Source: an uncultured Alphaproteobacteria bacterium
Lineage (GTDB): Bacteria > Pseudomonadota > Alphaproteobacteria > Rs-D84
DNA length: 64,000 nucleotides
Reading direction: 5' to 3'
Assembly (NCBI GenBank): GCA_944392595.1
Contig: CALXXD010000005.1
Span: 3,104-67,103, forward strand
In this document: positions 35,130-44,268 of the stretch, piece by piece
How positions within the stretch are numbered: the stretch's first letter is position 1
How the letters are laid out: each line of letters opens with the position of its first letter
Translations under genes and position numbers: made by a program
The notes under the pieces: model-generated
What the model was told of the DNA's origin: nothing
The model's database searches: none
The model's input: the letters and a program-made list of their open reading frames with translations, nothing else

Positions 35130-36689
35130 ATGTTTAAAAAATTGGCAATAATTTTTGTCGCTGTGTTCGGCGTGTTGTTGGCTGTGCCGACGATGTTTCC
35201 AAATCTGGCGCCTTATTTCCCGTCGTGGATTCAACCAATTCAATTGGGATTGGATTTAAAGGGCGGGGCGCAACTGCTGTTAGAGGTGGATACAAACACC
35301 ATGATGCAGGACAAGGCAATCCAATTATATGAAGAAGCACGCAGTGCGTTAATTGATCGTGACAAAGGCGTTATTCGTTTTTCAAATTTACGCAATATCG
35401 ATGGCGTTGTGTCTTTTGTGGTGCGTGAAGAAGACGATGTGTCACGTGCGCGTGGCCGTTTGCGCAGCGAATTTGGCGATACAGTTGATATCGAGGTTGA
35501 TGGTCGTAATGTTTCTTTGTCTTATTCGGTGCGTGCGCGTGATGAAATGTTGCAAGACGCTTTGTCGCGCAGTATCGAGATTGTACGCCGTCGTATCGAT
35601 GCACTGGGGACAAAAGAACCATCCATTCAATCCCAGGGCGGTAAATATATTTTGGTGCAATTGCCGGGGGTTGATAATCCTGAACGCATCAAAGAATTAA
35701 TCGGTCAGACCGCCAAAATGACTTTCCATTTGGTGAATGAAGATATTACAGCCGAACAATTGGCATCTGGGCATGCGCCAAAGGGTACGGAATTTTTGCC
35801 GTTGATGGATGCGCCAGATCAATTGATTCCTGTGTATAGTCATGTAGAGGTATCGGGCGAATCGTTGAAAGATTCCCAGGCTGATTTTGACCAAAATCGT
35901 ATGCCTGTGGTGACGACTGTGTTTGATGCGGCGGGTGCGCGCAAGTTCGCAAGATTGACGACCGAACATGTTAATGAACGTTTCGCAATCGTCTTGGATG
36001 GCGAGGTTTTATCCGCTCCGACAATTCGCGAACCAATACCCGGGGGGCGCGGTCAGATTTCAGGTGGATTTACATTACAGGGCGCAAAAGATTTGGCCGT
36101 TTTGTTACGCAGTGGTGCGTTGCCTGCGCCGTTACAGGTTATCGAAGAACGTACCGTTGGTGCGGGTTTGGGTGCCGATACAATTGCGGCCGGAAAAATT
36201 GCGTCTGTGGTTGGCGTTATATTCATTATGATATTCATGATTGTATGCTATCGCGGGTTCGGTGTTATCGCCAGTTTCGTGTTGCTGATTAATTTGGCCA
36301 TGATTATTGGTATTACTGCGGTTTTGGGCGGTGTATTAACGCTGCCTGGGATTGCGGGTATCGTATTAACGCTGGGGATGGCGGTGGATGCGAATATTTT
36401 GCCGTTCGAACGAATACGTGATGAAATACGGGCGGGATCGACACCGCTGCGCGCGGTCGAGGCCGGGTTCCATCGTTCTATGAAGGCTGTGTTGGACGGT
36501 AATTTGACGAACTTGATTTGCTCGTTGGTGTTGTTCCAATTTGGTGCAGGTCCGATTCGTGGATTTGCGGTAACGTTGTCGGTCGGTGTGCTGACCACAT
36601 TATTTACGTGCGTGTCGCTGTCCAAGGTTATCATCGATTGGTACATGAACGGCAAAAATAAAAAAATTAGTTATGTGAAATCTAAATAA
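35130..36689 (+). CDS. secD: protein translocase subunit SecD
   Basis: 519 aa. LGLDLKGGAQLLLEVD, with a C-terminal 6-TM block. Confidence 0.9.
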   Translation: MFKKLAIIFVAVFGVLLAVPTMFPNLAPYFPSWIQPIQLGLDLKGGAQLLLEVDTNTMMQDKAIQLYEEARSALIDRDKGVIRFSNLRNIDGVVSFVVREEDDVSRARGRLRSEFGDTVDIEVDGRNVSLSYSVRARDEMLQDALSRSIEIVRRRIDALGTKEPSIQSQGGKYILVQLPGVDNPERIKELIGQTAKMTFHLVNEDITAEQLASGHAPKGTEFLPLMDAPDQLIPVYSHVEVSGESLKDSQADFDQNRMPVVTTVFDAAGARKFARLTTEHVNERFAIVLDGEVLSAPTIREPIPGGRGQISGGFTLQGAKDLAVLLRSGALPAPLQVIEERTVGAGLGADTIAAGKIASVVGVIFIMIFMIVCYRGFGVIASFVLLINLAMIIGITAVLGGVLTLPGIAGIVLTLGMAVDANILPFERIRDEIRAGSTPLRAVEAGFHRSMKAVLDGNLTNLICSLVLFQFGAGPIRGFAVTLSVGVLTTLFTCVSLSKVIIDWYMNGKNKKISYVKSK

Positions 36690-36701
36690 AAGGTTTGGGT
36701 T

Positions 36702-37580
36702 ATGAAATTAAAATTTATGAAATATCGCAAATTATCGTACTGGATTGCGGGTGCGTTTATTTTGCTGTCTGTGGTGTCTTTGTTGTTCCGTGGGCTGAAT
36801 TACGGAATTGATTTCGCAGGTGGTATTTCGATGGAGGTTACCCCCGTTTCGGCCGATTATACAATTGATAAAATGCGTACTGCGTTGGATGAATTTAATC
36901 CCGAGTTGCAATCTGTTGGTGACAGTGGTGCTGTTTTGGTGCGTGTCGGTTTGCCGCGTGGCGCAACTGATGCACAGCAAAATGAACGTGTGACCGAAAT
37001 TAAAAATATTTTGGGTGATAATGTCGAATATTCCCAGGTGCAAATCGTCGGACCAAAAATTGGTGGCGAATTGGTGCGTGGCGGTATTTTGGCAATATTG
37101 TTTTCGTTCATATTAATGTCTGTGTATGTTTGGGTGCGATATCGTGGTGGTTATGCAATTGGATCGTTTATATCACTGTGTTTGGACTTTGTGATTATGT
37201 TTGGATTCTTTTCCATCACAGGATTGGAATTTAATCAAACCGCAATCGCAGTTATTTTGATGGGTGTTGGATATTCTATTAATGATAAAGTCGTAAATTA
37301 CGATCGTATCGAAGAAAATATTAAAAAATATCACAAAATGCCCATGGATGATTTGATTGATTTGTCCGTTAATGAAATGATGCGGCGTACCATTATGACG
37401 GGGCTTTCTACGATTTTGGCAATGGTTGCGTTGTTTATATTCGGCGGGCCGGCGTTGCGTGATTTTTCAATCGCAATGACGTTCGCAGTTGTTATGGGAA
37501 CTTTTACCAGTATTTATATTTCAAACGTTATTCTGTATCACTTTAATTTGCGTGATGACACAATATCGAATGGGAAATAA
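36702..37580 (+). CDS. secF: protein translocase subunit SecF
   Basis: 292 aa. GLNYGIDFAGG, with a 6-TM block. Confidence 0.9.
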   Translation: MKLKFMKYRKLSYWIAGAFILLSVVSLLFRGLNYGIDFAGGISMEVTPVSADYTIDKMRTALDEFNPELQSVGDSGAVLVRVGLPRGATDAQQNERVTEIKNILGDNVEYSQVQIVGPKIGGELVRGGILAILFSFILMSVYVWVRYRGGYAIGSFISLCLDFVIMFGFFSITGLEFNQTAIAVILMGVGYSINDKVVNYDRIEENIKKYHKMPMDDLIDLSVNEMMRRTIMTGLSTILAMVALFIFGGPALRDFSIAMTFAVVMGTFTSIYISNVILYHFNLRDDTISNGK

Positions 37581-37610
37581 TATACTTTATAAAATACCAG
37601 GGGGGATAAT

Positions 37611-39122
37611 ATGAAAATATTAAAAATTATAACATGCGTGTTATTCGCCCTGGGGACTGTGCCGTGCGCTTGTGCCGCCGAGAGTTTGTTTTTCGAAGAC
37701 GAACCCGTCCAAGATGGATTAAATGTTTTCGAAATGTCTGATACTTTTGCAGATATTTATGAAAAATTAGACGGTGTTAAATGGGGCGGTAAAAATATTA
37801 ACATCGCGATTGAAAGTTTGGAAAATCTGAATTCAAATGCACATATCGCTGCGACTGATGAACGGGTTGTGTTGGTGTGGGGTGATGCAATTATTGCGAA
37901 TTATCCACGGCCAAAGCCCGGTGATTGGAATGGTTTTGGTGAAATCACAACTGCATTGGTGTTGAAGTTGCGCGCGAATGATGCGGTGTTGCATGCTGCG
38001 TCGGAAAGCGAAACGTATCAATTGGTTGTGGATAGTTTGATGTGCGGCATAGACGAAAATGGGCGTTATATATATTCGCGTGCGGCCGAGGTTAATGAAG
38101 ATGGTCGAATATTAACCAGTGTAGGATTAGAAGGCGCACGTGATGCGCGTGGAAATTGGCGCGTGATGGGAATTTACAAAGATTCACCGGCCGATACCGC
38201 CGGCATACGAGAAGGGGATTTGATTACCGCCATCAATGGGCAAGATGTATCAAATATGTCCGATGCTGATTTGGCGGCGGCGATGTCTGGGTTTAATTCA
38301 GGTACATCGAAAATCAAGTTATTAACGCCGTCGGGCAATAAAGATGTTGTTTTACGTCGCGCCACAATTATCTTGGCAGATACCGACGTTATTCATCGCA
38401 GCGATGAACAGACGGGCGGTATTTTAGAGATTGTTGTTCATAAAATATCTGATAATTCTGCGATGATTATAAACGAGGCTTTGGCAAAATATCCGGACGT
38501 TTCAGGCATTATATTGGATTTACGTGCGGCAACCGGCGATGATGAACGGGCGGCGGCAAAGTTGGCGGGGCTGTTTATTGGTGCGCAGCCTGTTATGAGA
38601 ATAGTCGAGACCGCCCGTGACGAGGTTGAAGTTGTGCCTGGGGGGGGTGCTGTCACAGATGTGCCGGTTGTGGTTGTTATTTCAAATATGACACGGGGAA
38701 CGGCGGAATCCGTCGCCGGCGCGTTTTATGAATATGGGCGCGGGGTTTTGATTGGAACGCCAACCGCGGGCAGTGCGCGTATAGCGTCGCGTATAAATCT
38801 GGATAATGGCGGCGCGTTGGAATTATTGAATAAGACAATAAAAACAGGCACAGGGCGTGTAATTGACGGACGTGGTATTTTCCCGATTGTGTGTTTATCC
38901 AACATCAGGTCTATTAATCAGCAAAATGCGTTTTTCTTGAATGTGATAAACAATGATTTTAATGCCAAGGATTTTAATAAAGACACATCCACCGATGTTG
39001 CGGCGTTGCGGCGCGGTTGTCCGGTTATTACAAGTGGTGCAGATGAAGATGCGGTTGCCGCGGCGGTTGCTGCAAAGATATTGACCGATTCAAAGGTTTA
39101 TAATAAACTGGTATCAGAATAA
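37611..39122 (+). CDS. S41 (C-terminal processing peptidase)-like periplasmic protein with PDZ domain, catalytic dyad apparently substituted
   Basis: Signal peptide. PDZ segment GIYKDSPADTAGIREGDLITAINGQDV. S41 core VVVVISNMTRGTAESVAGAF..RGVLIGTPTAGSA aligns to ..GSASASEI.AGA..-..LVG..TFGKG, with Ser to Gly and Lys to Ser substitutions. Confidence 0.6.
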   Translation: MKILKIITCVLFALGTVPCACAAESLFFEDEPVQDGLNVFEMSDTFADIYEKLDGVKWGGKNINIAIESLENLNSNAHIAATDERVVLVWGDAIIANYPRPKPGDWNGFGEITTALVLKLRANDAVLHAASESETYQLVVDSLMCGIDENGRYIYSRAAEVNEDGRILTSVGLEGARDARGNWRVMGIYKDSPADTAGIREGDLITAINGQDVSNMSDADLAAAMSGFNSGTSKIKLLTPSGNKDVVLRRATIILADTDVIHRSDEQTGGILEIVVHKISDNSAMIINEALAKYPDVSGIILDLRAATGDDERAAAKLAGLFIGAQPVMRIVETARDEVEVVPGGGAVTDVPVVVVISNMTRGTAESVAGAFYEYGRGVLIGTPTAGSARIASRINLDNGGALELLNKTIKTGTGRVIDGRGIFPIVCLSNIRSINQQNAFFLNVINNDFNAKDFNKDTSTDVAALRRGCPVITSGADEDAVAAAVAAKILTDSKVYNKLVSE

Positions 39123-39141
39123 AATTACAGCGGGGTTACAA

Positions 39142-39840
39142 ATGTTTTTGACAACCGACAATAAAATCAAGTGGAATTGGATGGCGTGGGGCACGGTAAT
39201 TACGAGCGTGCTGGTTTTGATGGGGATTGCGTGGTTTGACAAGCCGATTTATTTATTCCTGCGTAATTTTGATTGTATGTTGTTCCGTTTGTTCGACAGA
39301 TTGTTTGATGCAAAAATGTGGATTGTCGTATCTGCGGTTGTGTTGCTGGTGTTTTATTTAAGAAAAGCATGGCAGGTGGGCGTACGATACAGAAATTCCC
39401 AAAACAAGCCTTGCTTTAATACATTTTGTCGTGATTTTTATTCCAAGGTTCATAACAGTTATGCGTTCTTTGTTTTGTGTTCTGTATTGGCGGCCAGTGT
39501 TGTTGGAAAGGCATTGAAAATTTTAATCGGACGTATGCGTCCCGTGTTTTTCGAGGCGTTGGATAAAACTGGATTTGTGCCTTTTTCAACCGATTGGGCG
39601 TTTAATTCCATGCCGTCGGGGCATTCGTTTGCGTCTTTTGCGGGACTGGTTATGTTGGGTTTGTTGGCGCCAAAAATTAAATGGGCCACGTGGAGTTTGG
39701 CAATCTTAATCGGATTTTCACGGGTGTGCGTTGGCGCACATTGGCCGTCTGATGTGATATTTGGCGCGTTTATTGGTATGGTTGCCGCCGATTTGGTTAA
39801 AGCATGGTTAAAGCGTTATGGGGCGGAAATCGCGCGATAG
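39142..39840 (+). CDS. PAP2-family lipid phosphatase
   Basis: KILIGRMRP, PSGHS, SRVCVGAHWPSD (PAP2 motifs C1-C3) in a polytopic membrane protein. Confidence 0.8.
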   Translation: MFLTTDNKIKWNWMAWGTVITSVLVLMGIAWFDKPIYLFLRNFDCMLFRLFDRLFDAKMWIVVSAVVLLVFYLRKAWQVGVRYRNSQNKPCFNTFCRDFYSKVHNSYAFFVLCSVLAASVVGKALKILIGRMRPVFFEALDKTGFVPFSTDWAFNSMPSGHSFASFAGLVMLGLLAPKIKWATWSLAILIGFSRVCVGAHWPSDVIFGAFIGMVAADLVKAWLKRYGAEIAR

Positions 39841-39879
39841 GCTTTTTTATCCAAAATCCTAACATTTTTGTGTTTTTTG

Positions 39880-39888
39880 TGATATAAT
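39880..39888 (+). promoter_or_regulatory. extended -10 promoter box TGATATAAT (leaderless ftsK transcript predicted)
   Basis: TGTGATATAAT, then 7 nt, then the ATG at 39896. The ORF-track ATG at 39887 lies inside the -10 box. Confidence 0.5.
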
Positions 39889-39895
39889 GCCACGT

Positions 39896-42136
39896 ATGGC
39901 AAAGTCTTCGAAATCTAATTTTTTTCCAGAAAGTGTTTCCAGTGCGTTAAAGGTGCTGGGCAAACGTGTGTGTGGCGGGCTGATGCTGGGGCTGGCACTG
40001 TGGGCGTGTGGCGCGATGGTACTTTTTGACCCGTTTTTGGATGGGTTCGCGGTTGTAAGTACGTTTGGTAATCAATCCGTAATGGGGGCTGTGATTGGAT
40101 TTTTATATTATTTTATCGGGGTTGTACCGACGTTGTTTGTGGTGCTGTGTGTGGCGCGTTGGGGATTGGCTTGGTTGGCGAATTGGTCGGATGATTCTTC
40201 GCCTGAATATAATTTTTTGCGTTTTTTTGTGGCGTTGTGCGTTGGGGCGGCGGGTCTTGGTTTAATCATGCCGGCGCATACGTGGGGCGGAATGTTCGGC
40301 GCGATTGCAGCGCATGATTTGTATTCGATAATGGGAAATTGGTGCATTGCCGTTGGTGTGGCGGCGGTGTTGGTGTTTGCGGCATTGGCGTCTGTATTGC
40401 TGCATATAAAATGGGTTCATATCAAGAATGCGTGTCATATTGTGTGGCGGGCGGTGCGTTGGTTGCTGTCTGTGTTCCATTTGATGCCTGTGCAGTATTC
40501 GGAAGATGAAGAATATGCCGCGGATGAATATGAAGAAGATTTCGCAGAAGAAGAAACAACCGCACCAAAGGTAACAAAACGTCGGGCGGCGCGTAAAACG
40601 GCGCGTGGTGGCGCGGCGCGGGCGACGCGTGTGGTTGGCGCACATGAATATGAATTGCCGGATCCTGCATTTTTGGAAGATTCTCATTTTTCAAAAAATG
40701 TTGTGACGCCCGAATTAAAGCGTAACGCCAGTGCGATGGAAATTCATTTTTCAGAATATGGTGTTGATGGCAAAGTTGTTGGCATTCGACCCGGGCCAAT
40801 TGTTACGCTGTACGAGTTTTTGCCAAACATGGGCGTGCGTATGGCGGACATTAAAAAAACAGTAACTGATATGACACGCGCGATGGCGGCCGAGAATATT
40901 CGTATTGCGCATATCCCCAGTACCCAATTAATCGGGGTTGAAATGGCAAACCTGAAACCCCAGGTTGTGCGTTTCAGGTCGTTGGTTGAAAATGACACTT
41001 TTGCAAATTCAAAGTACAAGATTCCTTTGGCTTTGGGGGTCAGTATTGGTGGCGACCCGATGTATTATGATTTGGCAAAAATGCCGCACATGTTAATTGC
41101 AGGGCGTACGGGGTCTGGGAAATCTGTGTTTGTGCAATCTATTATTACATCGATTGTTTATCATTTTACGCCTGATAAATGCAAATTGATGATTATTGAC
41201 CCAAAGGGTGTTGATTTTGGATGCTGGGATGATATTCCGCATTTAATTACACCGATTGTGAAACTGGATCCGAATGCGGCCATTAATGCACTGAAATGGG
41301 CCGTGAATGAGATGGAAAATCGGTACAAGCAATTGCAAAAATTACAGGCGCGAAATATTGAATCTTATAATGAAATCGCCGCGCAAAAGCGCGAAAGTGG
41401 CGAAAAGGTTACCGAACAAATTGCCGTTGGTACGGATGAAGAAACCGGCGAATTATTATTCGAAACGCAAGAAGTTGATTTATCCGATATGCCTTATATC
41501 GTTATAATTGTTGATGAGGTTGCTGACCTGATGAATGTTGCCCGTAAAGAGGTCGAGGCCTGTATCCAACGTATTGCGCAAAAGGCGCGCGCGGCCGGTA
41601 TTCATCTGGTTATGGCGACCCAGCGTCCCGATGCAACGATTATCACGGGTGTTATCAAGGCGAATTTCCCGACGCGTGTGTCTTTCCAGGCGCGCAGTGG
41701 AATTGATTCTATGACCACGTTGGGTGAAAAGGGCGCGGAACAATTATTGTCGCGTGGTGATATGTTGTTCAGCGAAGCAGGGCGTGTGCCTGTGCGTATT
41801 CATGGTGCATTAATAGATGACAGTGAATTAAAGCGGATTGGCGATTTCCTGCGTTCCCAGGGCGAACCTGAATATGCAGATGGTGTGACCGATGGCGATG
41901 GTGGTGGCGACGCAATGGCCGGAATACCAGGGGCTGTGCCGACCAAGGCTGACAAGGATGCCGATTTATACACCCAGGCCAAAGAGATTGTTGTTCGTGA
42001 TAAAAAGCCGACTATATCTTATATCCAACGTCGTTTGGGTGTCGGATACAACAAGGCAGCCGGTTTTATGGAACGGATGGAGGCCGAGGGTATTGTCAGT
42101 GCGCCCGATGCAAATAACAAGCGACATATTTTATAG
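39896..42136 (+). CDS. ftsK: DNA translocase FtsK
   Basis: N-terminal 4-5 TM, acidic/basic linker, Walker A GRTGSGKSVF, Walker B IVIIVDEVADL, C-terminal gamma winged helix (ISYIQRRLGVGYNKAAGFMERME). Confidence 0.95.
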   Translation: MAKSSKSNFFPESVSSALKVLGKRVCGGLMLGLALWACGAMVLFDPFLDGFAVVSTFGNQSVMGAVIGFLYYFIGVVPTLFVVLCVARWGLAWLANWSDDSSPEYNFLRFFVALCVGAAGLGLIMPAHTWGGMFGAIAAHDLYSIMGNWCIAVGVAAVLVFAALASVLLHIKWVHIKNACHIVWRAVRWLLSVFHLMPVQYSEDEEYAADEYEEDFAEEETTAPKVTKRRAARKTARGGAARATRVVGAHEYELPDPAFLEDSHFSKNVVTPELKRNASAMEIHFSEYGVDGKVVGIRPGPIVTLYEFLPNMGVRMADIKKTVTDMTRAMAAENIRIAHIPSTQLIGVEMANLKPQVVRFRSLVENDTFANSKYKIPLALGVSIGGDPMYYDLAKMPHMLIAGRTGSGKSVFVQSIITSIVYHFTPDKCKLMIIDPKGVDFGCWDDIPHLITPIVKLDPNAAINALKWAVNEMENRYKQLQKLQARNIESYNEIAAQKRESGEKVTEQIAVGTDEETGELLFETQEVDLSDMPYIVIIVDEVADLMNVARKEVEACIQRIAQKARAAGIHLVMATQRPDATIITGVIKANFPTRVSFQARSGIDSMTTLGEKGAEQLLSRGDMLFSEAGRVPVRIHGALIDDSELKRIGDFLRSQGEPEYADGVTDGDGGGDAMAGIPGAVPTKADKDADLYTQAKEIVVRDKKPTISYIQRRLGVGYNKAAGFMERMEAEGIVSAPDANNKRHIL

Positions 42137-42139
42137 GAA

Positions 42140-42159
42140 AATCCGCCATGGGGCGGATT
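42140..42159 (+). terminator. hairpin after ftsK (weak terminator)
   Basis: AATCCGCC-ATGG-GGCGGATT followed by TCTGCTTTT. Confidence 0.45.
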
Positions 42160-42192
42160 TCTGCTTTTATGCTTTGTTATGTCGTTTTTTTA

Positions 42193-42201
42193 TGATATAA
42201 T
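42193..42201 (+). promoter_or_regulatory. extended -10 promoter box TGATATAAT
   Basis: TTTTTATGATATAAT lies 23 nt upstream of the ATG at 42225, which has an AAGGAG SD. Confidence 0.55.
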
Positions 42202-42224
42202 TTTTACCAAAAGGAGATTTTGTA

Positions 42225-43436
42225 ATGAAAGTAAAAGGTTCTTTGATTGGGATGATGGCTGCGTTGTTCGTAATGCCGGCGATGGCTGCGACAAATTTTG
42301 GCGCGTCTGCGGCATCCAGTGCCGATTTAAGTGGTATGCCGGCTGTGCGCGAACGTACCCAGGTGAATTATGAAAAATATGAAACGCGTACTTCGCAAAA
42401 AACATACGATGCAAACGATGGACGCAATATGTATTATACCCAGCCCGCGAATCGCAGTGCGCTGTACAAGCAATATGCAGGGGCAGATTCAAATACAAAT
42501 GTTCGCACGTCGCGTGCGGAAACTTATCGGTCCGAATTAAAGCGCAAATATTATCTGGCGCATCCGTTTTTCCAACCCACCAAGGGCAAGTTTGGTTCGG
42601 TGACTGATTTGGCATATAATATGAATTCATACGATGTGTCTTTGGTACCTTTGCCGACCACAGATTGGATGAGTGATAATGCCTTTGCATGGGATATGGG
42701 GCAATTTTCCATTAAAGAAGATTTAAGTTTTGGTATCACCGATACAGTGGCCATTTTGGCGACGGCACGTTTTGATGTGTCTGATTATAAAGCCGATTGG
42801 AAAAATCCAGAAACCCCAGATGACAAAATGGATGACAGTGATTTCAGTTTGTTGGGATTGGGTGCCCAGTGGCGTTTTGTTGATACGGCCGATTGGATTG
42901 CGACTGCATCCGCGTATTATCAGTATCAACCCGATTCATCCAACAATTTCGTTTTGGATTTAAAGGCTGGGTATAAAGTCAGCACTTCGACCATATATGG
43001 ATTGGTTCGTGGTTGGTATCTGAATTTCGATGGAAATTCATACGGTAATGCCATTGTCGGTAAAAATACCGATGGTGTTGAAGATATGGCGTATTTGGTA
43101 TATAACGACGATGCCAAAAATGTATTCTTTGTCGAAGGCGGATTGGGTGTGTTCAGTGTGTTGGACGAAGATTGGACACTGAATGTAGAGGCCGTATTCG
43201 GTAACTATGATTGGCATAATCAATTCAGTGCCAAGGCCGCAATCGGTTGGCAGCCGAATGAATGGTTCGCATTGAATCTGTACGGCAAGATGGCGTTGTG
43301 GGATTCTGCGGATGGTGATGAATTTATGTTCTGGCAAACGAATTCACGTAACAACACGTTCGTACCGTCGGCAACCGCAACAATCGACAATTATTCCGAA
43401 GCATCGGTTGGTGTCCAGGCGATATTTATGTTCTGA
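42225..43436 (+). CDS. outer-membrane beta-barrel protein (porin-like, hypothetical)
   Basis: Signal peptide ...VMPAMA/AT, alternating aromatic/hydrophilic strands, C-terminal ...VQAIFMF. Confidence 0.65.
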   Translation: MKVKGSLIGMMAALFVMPAMAATNFGASAASSADLSGMPAVRERTQVNYEKYETRTSQKTYDANDGRNMYYTQPANRSALYKQYAGADSNTNVRTSRAETYRSELKRKYYLAHPFFQPTKGKFGSVTDLAYNMNSYDVSLVPLPTTDWMSDNAFAWDMGQFSIKEDLSFGITDTVAILATARFDVSDYKADWKNPETPDDKMDDSDFSLLGLGAQWRFVDTADWIATASAYYQYQPDSSNNFVLDLKAGYKVSTSTIYGLVRGWYLNFDGNSYGNAIVGKNTDGVEDMAYLVYNDDAKNVFFVEGGLGVFSVLDEDWTLNVEAVFGNYDWHNQFSAKAAIGWQPNEWFALNLYGKMALWDSADGDEFMFWQTNSRNNTFVPSATATIDNYSEASVGVQAIFMF

Positions 43437-43454
43437 TGCGGGGAATGTGATTCT

Positions 43455-43480
43455 TCGGGTTCTGGGGTAACAGAACCCGA
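43455..43480 (+). terminator. hairpin terminator between the two OMP genes
   Basis: TCGGGTTCTG-GGGTAA-CAGAACCCGA followed by GTTTGTGTTTG. Confidence 0.5.
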
Positions 43481-43510
43481 GTTTGTGTTTGTATAAAAAA
43501 AGAGAGAGAG

Positions 43511-44236
43511 ATGCGTAAATTTTTATTTGCCTTGGTTGCGGCGGTTATTGGCGTTATGCCCGTTGTTGGTGCGCACGCAAATGGATTGGAATTTGATACG
43601 TCTGATCCGCTGTTTATGTTAAAGACAAATGATGTGTTGTCTGAAACGCAATTAACATATTGGGATAACATATTACGTTTGCAAGAAACATTGTCGTACG
43701 GTATTAACGACAGATTGTCTGTTGGTATAAATGCAAATTTTCAACAAGATTTTGATGGCCCCCAGGATGGATTCGGTGCCGTTGATTTGGGTGGCGCGTA
43801 TCGTGTTGGGACTGCAAATGGAAACAGTGCGCATATTATTTCTGATGTTTTGTTCGGGTTAAAGTTTGGTGGATCGTCCCGCGTGCGTACGCCTGATTAT
43901 GCGGATTCCACTTATTATGTTGGATATCGTTTTGGACGTCAATGGACGGGTGTGACTTTGGCTGCGACAATTAAGTCCAGTTGGATTTTTGATGATGTGC
44001 CATTGGGGATGGCTTATATCGATTTCACGCCCGAGGCTTATTTTCGTATATCCGAAGATTGGCGTATGGGTGCGCAATTTACATTGCGCAAGGCAACCAA
44101 TCCGCATTATAACCAAGAATGGTTGGGTGGAAAAATTCTGCGTCAATATGGACGCACCCAGTATGCAGGACATTTGGATTATGAATTCGAAAGTGATAAT
44201 TTGCAGGTTGGATTGGCTGTAAATATTTTGTTCTGA
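43511..44236 (+). CDS. outer-membrane beta-barrel protein (hypothetical)
   Basis: Signal peptide ...VVGAHA/NG, C-terminal ...LAVNILF. Confidence 0.6.
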   Translation: MRKFLFALVAAVIGVMPVVGAHANGLEFDTSDPLFMLKTNDVLSETQLTYWDNILRLQETLSYGINDRLSVGINANFQQDFDGPQDGFGAVDLGGAYRVGTANGNSAHIISDVLFGLKFGGSSRVRTPDYADSTYYVGYRFGRQWTGVTLAATIKSSWIFDDVPLGMAYIDFTPEAYFRISEDWRMGAQFTLRKATNPHYNQEWLGGKILRQYGRTQYAGHLDYEFESDNLQVGLAVNILF

Positions 44237-44244
44237 GATTTATA

Positions 44245-44268
44245 AAATCCCGCAGATGCGGGATTTTT
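44245..44268. terminator. bidirectional rho-independent terminator
   Basis: AAAATCCCGC-AGAT-GCGGGATTTTT between convergent genes. Confidence 0.75.
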
